DNA of 63,486 bases, counting the filler, from Octopus bimaculoides (lineage: Eukaryota): NCBI RefSeq assembly GCF_001194135.2. It is 7 parts of 7 records of this genome, joined end to end, with 100 filler letters (N's around TTAATTAATTAA, not from the genome) between each part and the next. Parts side by side here need not be neighbours in the genome. Positions count along the whole stretch, not along the records: positions 1 to 30,553 come from NC_068983.1; positions 30,654 to 38,344 come from NC_069000.1; 5 more parts are not named here. One strand, given 5' to 3'. The translations under genes and the position numbers were made by a program. The notes below the pieces were generated by a model. The model was given only the letters and a program-made list of their open reading frames with translations. It was not told the origin of the DNA and did not search any database. This document shows positions 23,466 to 35,026 of the stretch, piece by piece; position 1 is the first letter of the stretch, and every line of letters starts with the position of its first letter.

Positions 23466-23766
23466 GAAGGCGCGTAGCTTAGTGGTTGGGATATTCGACT
23501 CACGATCGTAAAGTCGTGAGTTCAATTCTCAGCAACGCGTTCTGTCCTTGAGCAAGACACTTTATTTCACGCTGCTCCAGTCTACTCAGCTGGCAAAAAT
23601 GAGTAGAACTTGTATTTCAAAGGGCCAGCCTTATCACACTCTGTATCACGCTCTATCTCCTTGAGAACTGTGTTAAGGGTACACGTGTCTGTGGAGTGCT
23701 CAACCACTTGTACGTTAATTTCACGAGCAGGATGTTCCGTTGATCGAATCAGTTGGGACCCTCGTC
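23466..23766 (+). mobile_element. Modular SINE: tRNA head, CORE-like segment, family-A 3' half
   Basis: TAGCTTAGTGG / GAGTTCAATTC boxes; CCTTGAGCAAGACACTT; then AAAGGG...GTTAAGGGTACAC...GTTGATCG shared with 20327-20712. Confidence 0.8.
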
Positions 23767-24636
23767 CCACCAGTGGTCCTGTTATTGTGTTATTGTTGTC
23801 ACTGTTGTTTTTGTTACTGTTTTTTGTGTAACTACTACGTCTATAGTCTTGTGTGGTGGAGGTGATTGAGAAAAAGTGTTTCACTTTAAGAATCTTTTCC
23901 GACCTTTTCTTTTTAGTTAACTGGCATAAACGAAGCTTTTTGAAATTTTTTTCTATGCTTCGAAAAGTTTTCGTTAAAAAAATATTGCTCTAGAGAGTAA
24001 GTAAATAGAAGCGGTTTATCATTCTATTGTGGTTCTTATGAACACAAAATATGGTAGAGCAATTCTCTAAACAAACTTCTAAACAGACAGGACAAATGCA
24101 CGGAGTTTCCAAGACACGCCTAAATTCGGTGATAAGCAAAATATCTTCTATAATAATAAACGCGAAATTCTGTCTGTCTGGGACCCCTGTATCTCAGTCT
24201 ACATTTGCTCTACATAGACATATTATATCTTTTTGGAATCAGGATGATCCCGGGATTGGAAATCTGCCATTCATTTGGTTCTTGAACATCCAGCATTTGG
24301 ATTTGATTTAAAATCATTCTATCAAGTAAAGCTCGACTGATTAACGTCATCTTGATTGACGTTCGTAAGATGACGTTAGAGATCAAGGGCGAAGTAAATG
24401 ACATTTACTTCGTTAATTTTGCGTCGAGATAAGAACTTTGCGACAGTTTGACCCACTGTTGAAATTCAACTTGGGAATGAAACAATAGAATGATTACATT
24501 GCAGAATTAATTCTCATCCGCCCTTAACCTCTGATCAAACACCACCGGAGCACATAGCCATTATAGACATATTATAGTAATGCTATTTAGCTCTGTTTAG
24601 TTTTAGACCGCAGGCCCAATTAGCCCTCCGCAGGAT

Positions 24637-24674
24637 CTAGCTTAAAAGTCCGCACAAGTGCGGCTTTAAGCTAG
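24637..24674. other. GC-cored hairpin ending in CTAG (possible Helitron 3' terminus)
   Basis: CCGCAC-AA-GTGCGG, 7 nt, then CTAG followed by T; no 5' TC end identified. Confidence 0.35.
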
Positions 24675-25093
24675 TTGATAATAATGGTTTCAAAATTTGG
24701 CACAAAGTTAGCAATGTTAGAGGAGTTTTAATAGATGACATAGACCAGTTGAGCACTACCTAACAGGCACTTATTTCATGGCGCCCGAAAGGAGGAAAAG
24801 CAAAACTGGCCTCGGCAAAATCACTTGACAGAAGAACAATACCTGCTCTGTCCGATTAAAAGTAGCTAGTGCGGTGATCTTCACGATGTTCTCGTCCAAT
24901 AACCGGATCCCTCAAACAAGCGACAACAGCTGTTCGACATAATTCCACAAATCAGCAGTTCTCAGATGCTGCACAAATGCATGCAAAATAATTCTATCGC
25001 TCTGTGCGTATCTCACACGATTCTTCCGTACCCGAAGAATGAATCTCAAAACCGATAGTTTCCCCATAGAATGTATCTCAAACCGGTATTATT

Positions 25094-25240
25094 AAGACGG
25101 CGAGCTGGCAGAATCATTAGCTCACCAAACAAAATGCTCGGTGTCGTAACTTACGTTCTGAGTTCTAGTCCGATCGAGGTTAACTTTGTCTTTCATCCGT
25201 TCGGGGTAAATAAAATAAAGTACCATTTAAGTACTGGGGC
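25094..25240 (+). mobile_element. SINE family C
   Basis: AAGACGGCGAGCTGGCAGAATC head and CTTTCATCCGTTCGGGG core. A decayed minus copy lies at about 24680-24820. Confidence 0.8.
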
Positions 25241-25392
25241 AAGAATTTCTGGAAATTATCTACAGCAGTTCCCTGTCCCAGGGTCCTCCTGAAAAGACCG
25301 ACCAGTTGCTCCTTCGTCGTTAAGCATCCCCGAGGACGTCATCGTTCTTACCTACCAATATATGTTCTACATATTGTTGAAGTGAAACTTAC

Positions 25393-25422
25393 ACCAACCG
25401 CATTGTCTAACTTGCAGAGCGC
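25393..25422 (-). CDS. Candidate 30-nt micro-exon (ALCKLDNAVG, phase 0/0)
   Basis: Minus: AATGTTTTCAG acceptor and GGT|GTAAGT donor; splice signals only, no homology evidence. Confidence 0.25.
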
Positions 25423-25456
25423 CTGAAAACATTCTAGATGCCCGGCATCTCTGGAA

Positions 25457-26125
25457 TGACGTCAAAAATAATAGTAATTTCTACATAAACACAAAGTTAC
25501 ATATTTATTTCGTTAGAGATATACTTATTTTATCGATTCCGGGCGGAACAAAGGCAAAATTAACACCAGCCTGACCTGACTATAATAATTTCTAAACTTG
25601 AAACATGGTCAGTAATATATGAAAAGAATACTATTGATTGAAATGGTGCCAATGCATGTCTAATAACCATTTTAGCAACACCAGATAAATTACATTTACA
25701 ATATAAAAGACGTTTTTAACCCATTTTTTTCGCTTATGTTGCAATCTTTTACCAAAGAAATTTTTAAAAAAGCTAAAAATGAAATGAAGCAAAAAAAAAA
25801 AAAGAAAAAATCCAGAATGTAGTAAATCCCATCATTAATTTTAAATATGACTGAACTGTTAGACGTATTGATTTCAAGAGATACAATATTTAAACATACT
25901 GAAACTTTTATAAGCTAAAATAAATATTTACTGTCGTTGAATATTCTTCGTTTACGTAAATATTTTTTCAAACGCTTCTTTCAATACTTAATATCCTATT
26001 TATAATCTGAAGACTATCAGGCTAAAATTTGAAGTATTTTGTAAATGACGTCATATAGTAATTTAGAAGACTTCTCTCCCTTTTCTGTCATTATATTTAT
26101 TCATTTATTTATTTATTTGACGTCA
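25457..26125. promoter_or_regulatory. Cluster of three perfect CRE palindromes (TGACGTCA)
   Basis: Sites at 25457-25464, 26046-26053 and 26118-26125 in non-repeat-looking DNA. Confidence 0.35.
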
Positions 26126-26849
26126 TCATATTACAACAGAGGCGGCCAGTGGATATAAAGTTAGTGTTATAATAACATCACAAACCAAAAATATAGACCG
26201 ATATGAATAAATTCCCGGAGATATGACGCAAGCACTTCTAACAGCTTGAAATCTAAAATAATCTAGCAAACAAAACAAAAATAAAAGCATCATCAATGAC
26301 GGGTCTCTTTGCAAATATTTACTCCATTTTTATCTCGACAAATGTATTAATAGATGAAATTTAATGAACGAGATTTTCAGGATAATTCTATTATTAAAGA
26401 TTAATGAGCCCGCTTTTTCTCTTTCTTTGATTTTATTTTAGTTGACTCTTTTCTTTATTTAAGTGTTTCTCGAAGTAATAAACTAAGGATGATTTCTTTT
26501 CATTTTAAGAAAACACTTTTAGAAGAAAACTCAACGAGAGAACCTATATACATTGGTTCGACCTGCTAGAAATAGCAGCTAAGCCTTCTTCAAATCACAC
26601 TGCATTGTTTCATAGCAGAAGGAGGTATTAGATAATGTGATGCAAAATGTGATGTTCCCAGAAATTAGAAATAAAAAGGCTAGAATGATTACGGTTGGAA
26701 TACTTTAATCACAGGTCTGCATGAGTGGGGCGAAACGAGTCAGATAGCAACAACCTTTATAAGGTGTTCCACAACAACAGTAAATTATAAAATTTTAACT
26801 GAAAAGAAAATCCAACACAGATGATAATGCACATGGCTATGATCTAAAG

Positions 26850-27135
26850 CAGGGGTTTTCAAACTTTTTGACTTGCGGACCCCTTTATACTTCAGGCTTT
26901 ACCTTATAAACGCTTATGAAATTTATACATAAATATTTGCTTAAAATAACATATAGTTTTGCATTTATTTATTTATTTAACAGTATTTAACAAAAAGGTT
27001 TATTGTCAATTAAAAGATTTCGATAAAAAACATATAAAATCAAATTGCCCATAAAAAGTATTTGCTGTCTACGGACCCCCTGTCTTGTCCTTGCGGACCC
27101 CCTGTGGTCCGCGGACCACAGTTTGAAAACCCCTG
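26850..27135. mobile_element. hAT MITE 1 (286 bp)
   Basis: Perfect 16-bp TIR CAGGGGTTTTCAAACT; TSD ATCTAAAG/ATCTAAAT; GCGGACCCC subterminal repeats. Confidence 0.92.
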
Positions 27136-27143
27136 ATCTAAAT

Positions 27144-27388
27144 CAATTGTTCTTAGCCGGGGTCCATACAGGTCTTAAGGATTCATATGAGATTTTGTTA
27201 AAATTTACCTGCAATTAATTGCTTATACTTCTACAATGCACGAAACATCTTAATTCTTTTAATACAATTCTTAATAATACTTGATTATAAAAATATAAGA
27301 TTTTTAACATCGAATGGTTAGGAGGGTCCATTCAAGCAAAATAAGAATCAAAGGGGTGCATAGGTGAAAGAATGGTTGAGAACCACTG
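27144..27388. mobile_element. hAT MITE 2 (245 bp, older)
   Basis: Termini CAATTGTTCTTAGCC and GGTTGAGAACCACTG (11/15); flanked by ATCTAAAT and ATCTAAAG. Confidence 0.8.
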
Positions 27389-28095
27389 ATCTAAAGAAAT
27401 ATGTCCCTGCCTGTTTATTGACAAACACGTGATTCTTTTTTCATTTTGATAGATGCCATATATGATGTCTTCGTCGTCGTCGTTGTTGTTGTTGTTGTTG
27501 TTGTTGTTGGTAGTGGTGGTGGTGGTGGTGGTGGTGGTGGTGGTGGTTGTCGTCGTCGTCGTCGTCGCCGACGTCGTGAGGATGATGTTGGTGTTTGACC
27601 TACAAACCATATATATGAACAAAGACTAAATGACCATTTTGACGCTATTCTTGAGACATAATGTAAAATTACATTATCCTNNNNNNNNNNNNNNNNNNNN
27701 NNNNNNNNNNNNNNNNNNNNNNNNNNNNNNNNNNNNNNNNNNNNNNNNNNNNNNNNNNNNNNNNNNNNNNNNNNNNNNNNNNNNNNNNNNNNNNNNNNNN
27801 NNNNNNNNNNNNNNNNNNNNNNNNNNNNNNNNNNNNNNNNNNNNNNNNNNNNNNNNNNNNNNNNNNNNNNNNNNNNNNNNNNNNNNNNNNNNNNNNNNNN
27901 NNNNNNNNNNNNNNNNNNNNNNNNNNNNNNNNNNNNNNNNNNNNNNNNNNNNNNNNNNNNNNNNNNNNNNNNNNNNNNNNNNNNNNNNNNNNNNNNNNNN
28001 NNNNNNNNNNNNNNNNNNNNNNNNNNNNNNNNNNNNNNNNNNNNNNNNNNNNNNNNNNNNNNNNNNNNNNNNNNNNNNNNNNNNNNNNNNNNNNN

Positions 28096-28371
28096 TGTAC
28101 CCTTAACGTAGTTCTCGGTGATAGTCAGCGTCACACAGTGTGACAAGGCTGACCCTTTGAATTACAGGCACAACAGAAACAGGAAGTAAGAGTGAAAGAA
28201 AGTAGTGGTGAAAGAGTACAGCAGGGTTCACCACCATCCCCTGTCGGAGCCTCGTGGAGCTTTTAGGTATTTTCGCTCAATAAACACTCACAACGCCCGG
28301 TCTGGGACTCGAAACCGCGATCCTATGACCGCGAGTCCACTGCCCTAATCACTGGGCCATTGCGCCTCCAC
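28096..28371 (-). mobile_element. SINE family A (3' end lost in gap)
   Basis: Reverse-complement match to 20327-20600. Confidence 0.92.
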
Positions 28372-29049
28372 TTTCTTTTCGCAAGAACAGTGGACAATTA
28401 AATTCGTCAAGTACCACATGGATTATATTGAAATATTTAGTCAAATTTCTTTACTCGTCATCTTTTTGTGCTTGATAAAATAAGTACCAGTCATATACTG
28501 GGTATTAATTTAAATTAATGCAACGCTCTCACAAAATATCTGATCGTCTGCCAAAGTTACAATTGATCACGACTTCTTACTAAATATTCACGGGGAAGGC
28601 TTAGGTAATATATCGGTATTATTATTTGCATTGTGTTTAGCGGATGACATCAGACTGAGTAGGATACCAGTTAGTTAGTACATAACAGGTAAATTTTCTA
28701 GTGTATATATGTATGTATGTATGTATGTATGTAGATAGATAGATAGATATGAAACACTCGCACTCCACAAATTATATCATAAATAAGTCTTTAAAAGGTA
28801 TTTTCTACTAAATGTACTCGCCAATTAGTCATAAATTATGAATTATTTGAATCTGCGATACACGACTATAGAGTAAAAGAATAAACGGTAGGTGGTGACC
28901 TCACGTACACAGTATAAAAATACGAATGGAAAAAGACAAAATCCCTCCGTGACCATGAATGATAATGGTTGAATATAGGACTTCATCCAAGTAACGAATG
29001 TGCTGAAAAAAGTCCCTATTATAACTAACCAGATAAAACACACACTCTT

Positions 29050-30450
29050 CTTCGGTGAATTGCTCACCTTGTAGTCATTGACAGAGGTAAATCTTAGTCC
29101 TGACAGAACTGGGAGATCTGCCTCTACTACATGACCGTAGGGTTTGGGGAGTTTTGGCAGCTCTCCTGCGCCATGTAATTACTGCGAGGTTTTATCACAT
29201 TGAACTGTTCTTGTCTCCTTCTTCTTATTTCTTCGGTCATGGTATATCTCACATGAAGACCTTTTTCTTATAGAAATATTTCTAAGCTTATTTCATACGT
29301 TAATATATAACGTAAACACTGCATTTCAAATACTTCTAGTATCCATGTAACTTGATTTTTTTTTAGGGTCTGAGTTTCTGAGGCGTGGCGTGCGATAGCG
29401 AGAATAAATCTAACTTTGACTTGATTCATAATTTTCCACCTGTTCCAGACCATGTTTTGTTGTCATCCGAAACCTGTAGATGCTAGTGTCATCCTTCTAC
29501 GTCTTCTAATCTATTTGGTACTATATGGTGCAGACGAAAATATAAACTCTGTGACATGCTCAAAACTATCCAGAGCGCTTATTTCTTTGCTTGGTGATAG
29601 GTCCTTGCTTTTCACACTATTTTCACGTACTATTTTTTTACATACCTTGTCTGTGTGGTGGATATTTTCACTTTGTAAAAACTCGTGAGTATTAAGATTT
29701 TGTTGTCAGCGTATTTAATGTCTATGGAAGGGTCATTAATGTGTACCAGACTTTCGTCCAGGATTTTAAGTTCTCTCATGGAAAAATCGGGAATGGTAAG
29801 AGCTATTCATATTTCAAAGCAACATATCAGACTATGACCACTGTAAACTCGGTATCGTTGTATTGCACCTCTGTTCCCCAAATTATCTTTGGATCTATAC
29901 CTTTCCTGTCATCATCTTCCTTAGTGCTTTCCTCCAGATCGTATTGAAAGCAAATTTAAAATCAAAGAAGTTGAAGAATAAGAGCACTCGAAGCTCTTTT
30001 GCTTTTTCAGTGACCTGTTTAATATCAACTGCATCATGGCACCAACTGTGTCTCTAATAGGCCTAAAACTGAACTGATTCTCTCCTGTCTCTTCCTTGAT
30101 TTTGCTTTTGATTCTGTCAAGGAAAGTTCTATAATTTCCTCAGTATTTATAAGAGATATATTGCCTTGTAGTTTACAGAGTCTTGATTGTCACTTTTTTT
30201 ATGTATTGAAGTTACTAACATAGTACTACCTATTTCTTTTGGTGTGTTTCAGCTAGTAGCATAGCGATCCTATTTTTGGAGTCTTTTGTTTTTCATACTA
30301 CGTTAAATATTACATGTAAGATATTGTGCTCACTTCAATATTTTAGCGCTTCAGCATTGATGGCCTCTTTAAAAGGGTGGAGTTACAGCTTTTCATTATG
30401 TATTGACTTTTCTACTTATTCTTTTGTTATTTCTCGTACGTATGTGCATC
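29050..30450 (-). mobile_element. Decayed RTE-like reverse-transcriptase region
   Basis: ENQFSFRPIRDTVG (Q.GFR motif) and KVRFILA...ETQTLKK...LEVFEMQCLRYIL (ETW.L...FEM.C.R.IL motif); many stops. Confidence 0.7.
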
Positions 30451-30597
30451 AGATGGAGAATCCAGGACTTCTGTTATTTCCGAGTCGTTTACAAATCCGG
30501 TCAAAATGTTCTTTCTAACATTCAAGTATCTTATTTTCTCACCTATATATATANNNNNNNNNNNNNNNNNNNNNNNNNNNNNNNNNNNNNNNNNNNN

Positions 30598-30609
30598 TTA
30601 ATTAATTAA
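30598..30609. other. Artificial scaffold spacer TTAATTAATTAA (also 38389-38400, 49332-49343, 57070-57081, 59689-59700, 62296-62307)
   Basis: Identical 12-mer centred in 44 N + 12 + 44 N = 100-nt blocks; carries stops in all six frames. Confidence 0.95.
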
Positions 30610-30820
30610 NNNNNNNNNNNNNNNNNNNNNNNNNNNNNNNNNNNNNNNNNNNNTATATATACATACATATATTTCTGTAATACAAACACGTACACATAAA
30701 AATGTACATACTCGATACAAACAGCACAGCACGTAAGTCTAGTCAACAAGTAGCTACATAATATTGTCCGAATAGTTATTTTTCTAAACTTTCTTTAATA
30801 TATAACAAAAAATAACTTAC

Positions 30821-30910
30821 CATCAGCATTCGTGTCGTAGACATAACGTACCTTTTGTCTCCATGTTTTCCTAAGCGTTCTCGAACTGATATGTCGTCTG
30901 CTCTTTCCAT
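30821..30910 (-). CDS. Candidate first coding exon (MERADDISVRERLGKHGDKRYVMSTTRMLM)
   Basis: ATG at 30910, 30 open codons ending exactly at ATG|GTAAGT; in-frame TAA just upstream; purine-rich leader 30960-31200; product unrecognised. Confidence 0.35.
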
Positions 30911-31330
30911 TTGGTCACGTGGTAGCGTGTCGTCTGCTTAAAAACCGCTTTACGTAGTCTATCTTTGTCTTCCTACCCTCCCCAACCTACCACTGTTTAT
31001 CTTGGCTTCTCCCTTCCTCCCTCTCTATTGTTCTCTCCCTTCTCCTCCCTTCCTCCTTGTCTCTCTCCCTGGCTCTTTTTCACTTAGACTGTTTCTCAGT
31101 ATCTCTTTCTCTGTGTCTTTCTCTATGTTTGTCTGTCTGCTTCCCCCTCTCTCTCTGTATCTTTCTTTAACTGTTTACTAGTTTCTTTCAACTCTTCCTG
31201 GTTGCGATTATTTTGCATTATCTATCATCCCAAAACAATTGACACACATCGATTTTCCATATGTAGTAGATACATACATACATACATACATATATATGCA
31301 TATATATACATATGTATGCATATATATATA

Positions 31331-31364
<34 letters not shown>

Positions 31365-32597
31365 NNNNNNNNNNNNNNNNNNNNNNNNNNNNNNNNNNNN
31401 NNNNNNNNNNNNNNNNNNNNNNNNNNNNNNNNNNNNNNNNNNNNNNNNNNNNNNNNNNNNNNNNNNNNNNNNNNNNNNNNNNNNNNNNNNNNNNNNNNNN
31501 NNNNNNNNNNNNNNNNNNNNNNNNNNNNNNNNNNNNNNNNNNNNNNNNNNNNNNNNNNNNNNNNNNNNNNNNNNNNNNNNNNNNNNNNNNNNNNNNNNNN
31601 NNNNNNNNNNNNNNNNNNNNNNNNNNNNNNNNNNNNNNNNNNNNNNNNNNNNNNNNNNNNNNNNNNNNNNNNNNNNNNNNNNNNNNNNNNNNNNNNNNNN
31701 NNNNNNNNNNNNNNNNNNNNNNNNNNNNNNNNNNNNNNNNNNNNNNNNNNNNNNNNNNNNNNNNNNNNNNNNNNNNNNNNNNNNNNNNNNNNNNNNNNNN
31801 NNNNNNNNNNNNNNNNNNNNNNNNNNNNNNNNNNNNNNNNNNNNNNNNNNNNNNNNNNNNNNNNNNNNNNNNNNNNNNNNNNNNNNNNNNNNNNNNNNNN
31901 NNNNNNNNNNNNNNNNNNNNTTTATATATATATCAATATATATATATATATATATATACTGTGGGACAGTATCAACTTCACCCCACCGCACGCATGTACA
32001 TGCGCACACGCATAGAAATGTTTCACTGATACATATATATATATATATACTAAGACATATTTATGCGCGAACAGACTTCTGTATTTCAACACACACAGGC
32101 ACACACACACATACACACATATATACACACATATGCATTGACACATACTAAAAAAAAAACACGTATACATATACTACAATGCACGCACTCACACATTACA
32201 CGCAATCGCTTGCGTGTGTTTTGCACATACACAAATCAGGAGTGATAAACCCATTTGTACATACTCCCAGATACCCACAGACATTCACAAAAGAATAAAA
32301 GTGAGAGCGGATGTCTGACAGTTAAAAGAGAACGAAAGCGTCGTGCGCAGATCATCGCAATCACGGATGCCTGCAGATGTTTGTGACAAAACAAACACTA
32401 TAGACTATATTGGACAATGGAATTCGCCTGTGTTTATCGCTTTGCATCAACGAAGCAGAACGCTTGATTATTTTTATTCATTTACCCATCAATCTATTTG
32501 TCTGTATACCCATCCACAACGTATCCCTTTCTCTATAAATACGAGATTATGTAGGTATATATATGTCATTGTTCGGTTTTCTATGTATGCATGTATG

Positions 32598-32631
<34 letters not shown>

Positions 32632-32932
32632 TGTATGTGTGTGTTTGTATTTGTCCCCCACCAGCGCGCAACAACTGGTGCTANNNNNNNNNNNNNNNNN
32701 NNNNNNNNNNNNNNNNNNNNNNNNNNNNNNNNNNNNNNNNNNNNNNNNNNNNNNNNNNNNNNNNNNNNNNNNNNNNNNNNNNNNNNNNNNNNNTGTGTGT
32801 GTGTGTATGTATGTCATTATTCAGTATTTCAAGATTTCTCGCCAATAGAGAAAGAACCGGTTTCTAACCTAGATCCAAGGTTCTTCCATTGGAACTTCAA
32901 CATTACCAACAGGGTATTTTGTACGTACGTAC

Positions 32933-32963
<31 letters not shown>

Positions 32964-33084
32964 TGTATGTATGTATGTATGTATATGTATGTTTTATGCC
33001 TGTATTCTAGGATGCATATAGTAACATATCTAGACATGCTCATATATATTTAAATGATAAACTTCCGGTAAGTTTTACAGATTT

Positions 33085-33235
33085 TTACAGTTCCAGTGTT
33101 GGACTAGATCTGTAGTCTTCGAATCAGCTTTCTCCTTTCTGGTTTTGAGAAGCCTAATTTCCCAAGATTGGTATTTAGGCAGCGTCTTATGTATCCCAGG
33201 GACCCAATAATTACATGTATAGACAGGTATATAAT
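33085..33235 (-). mobile_element. RLE LINE C-terminal remnant, same family as 6420-6530
   Basis: VIIGSLGYIRRCLNTNLGKLGFSKPERRKLI; DNA match TTTCTGGTT.TGA.AA.CCTAATTTC..AAGATTGG. Confidence 0.65.
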
Positions 33236-33288
33236 TACAGGCATGTGCACGCACGCGTCTATATATATAGGCCATTTGATAAATATAC

Positions 33289-33480
33289 AAAAACCGTTAG
33301 ATCCACTTAAACATTTAAATTTAATTGTTCTCAAAGCGACGAAAATGTTATGGCAAGTTAAATTTAAATGTTGAAGTGAATCTAATGGTTTTTATGTGTT
33401 TTTTATACGGCTTATAAACATCTAGCTGCAATTGTTTTCGTTCCAGCACACAATCTCAGATCAGGTCACTCGCTATGCAA

Positions 33481-33484
<4 letters not shown>
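33289..33484. mobile_element. Dispersed repeat with terminal 36-bp inverted duplication
   Basis: Arms 33289-33324 and 33358-33393; AATTTAAATGTTGAAGTGAATCTAA recurs at about 63454-63478. Confidence 0.6.
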
Positions 33485-33514
<30 letters not shown>

Positions 33515-33532
33515 NNNNNNNNNNATATATAT

Positions 33533-33686
33533 ATACGACGGGTTTCTTTCAGTTTCCGTCTACCAAATCCACTTGCTATGGTTGGCCCGAACCTAGAGCA
33601 GAAGACACTTGCCCAAGGTGCCACACAGTGGGACTGAACCCGTAACCGTGTGGTTGGTAAGAAAGCTAGTTACCACACACCCATAC
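33533..33686 (-). mobile_element. SINE family B, 5' half
   Basis: GACACTTGCCCAAGGTGCCAC and GGGACTGAACCC. Confidence 0.85.
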
Positions 33687-34515
33687 ATATATATATATAT
33701 ATACATATATATATCCGTATATATATGAAACTTCGAAGTCTCATATTGTCGTTCAATCCTCAAAATGAGGAGTAGATGGACATCCGACAACTGATGAAGG
33801 GTCGTTCTTTATGTTACTTGTCCTGTTTTCCATTTGTATCTCTTGTTGTTTGCGTACTCAACTCGTTTGTTTTCGTATTTCATATGTATGTATACATATA
33901 TGCACACACACAGACACACACACACACACACACACAAATATATATATACACATGTAACACGTGCATTCATATATACATAAATATATATATATATTTATAT
34001 GCATGCATAACTATATCTATATACATAAGTATATATATATATGTATATATACATTAATATATATACATATACATACATGCATATATGCATATATATATAT
34101 ACACATAAATATCTCTCTCTATGTATATACATCTATGTATATACACGTGTGTATGTGTTTGTATGCATGTATATATGTGAGAGAATAGTTTCAGTGTTAA
34201 TAGTGAAAGTATTAAACTGAAAGTATTATCTCACATTACAATAGAGATGTTATTGTTTCCCTTTTGACACGTAATAATGAAATAATGTAAGAGATAAGAG
34301 ATTGCTCCGGGTTCGTATTAGGCAAGAAGCTGAAACTTTTTGGGCCCATGACACTGCATGGACCCTAAGTAATGCATGTGTAAAATTTAAATGGAATCAG
34401 TTTGGTAGTTCTCGAGTTTTAGTGATGCACACATACAGAAACACAGAGAGACAGAAACAGATTTTCTGTTATATATATATCAAGGTGAGACACACATAAG
34501 AAAGAAGGAAACAAA

Positions 34516-34560
34516 GGACCACTGATGAGGTCACAGAAGTGTGACGAAAGAACTCTGGCC
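34516..34560 (+). ncRNA. Minimal type I hammerhead with fully canonical core
   Basis: GG(A)CCA-CUGAUGA-G-GUCAC(AGAAGU)GUGAC-GAAA-G(AA)CU-C-UGGCC; predicted cut after 34555. Confidence 0.7.
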
Positions 34561-35026
34561 GAAATAAGATTAAGATTAATGTAATATAAAGCTGAAGCAA
34601 ATTAACACCAAATATACAGTGCGTGTGTTTTTATTGGCTAAACTGGCAATATGACCATCCCCAAGTACANNNNNNNNNNNNNNNNNNNNNNNNNNNNNNN
34701 NNNNNNNNNNNNNNNNNNNNNNNNNNNNNNNNNNNNNNNNNNNNNNNNNNNNNNNNNNNNNNNNNNNNNNNNNNNNNNNNNNNNNNNATATATATATATA
34801 TATACACATACACTTCGTGTTGTATCTGGTTTGCGAAATTTCTTATGAGAATCTGTATTGAAACAAATCTTGTGTCTGGAGAGAGCTATAATGCCTTAAT
34901 ATAACATACTTACCTGTTCAATTTCTACTCATTTATTAACTCGTTGGAAATTGAACCGGTGAATGTGTTATACTAGGGCACTAAGCCCACCCCTCCCCAG
35001 GTAACAATATTATACATACATACATA

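Noticed and set aside
24843-24968. 126-nt AG/GT-bounded minus segment open except for one TGA (possible Sec or editing readthrough)
   Set aside because: One stop in 42 codons is unremarkable; no SECIS, homology or expression evidence.
26716-26745. CTGCATGAG...GAAACGAGTC hammerhead-like string
   Set aside because: Insertion in the core, no stem II or stem I; part of a SINE-like tail.
33727-33800. GAAACTTCGAAGTC plus downstream CTGATGA as a type II hammerhead
   Set aside because: Stem III is palindromic and UUGUCG/CGACAA pair, but a 5-nt insertion follows the cleavage triplet and stem II cannot form.
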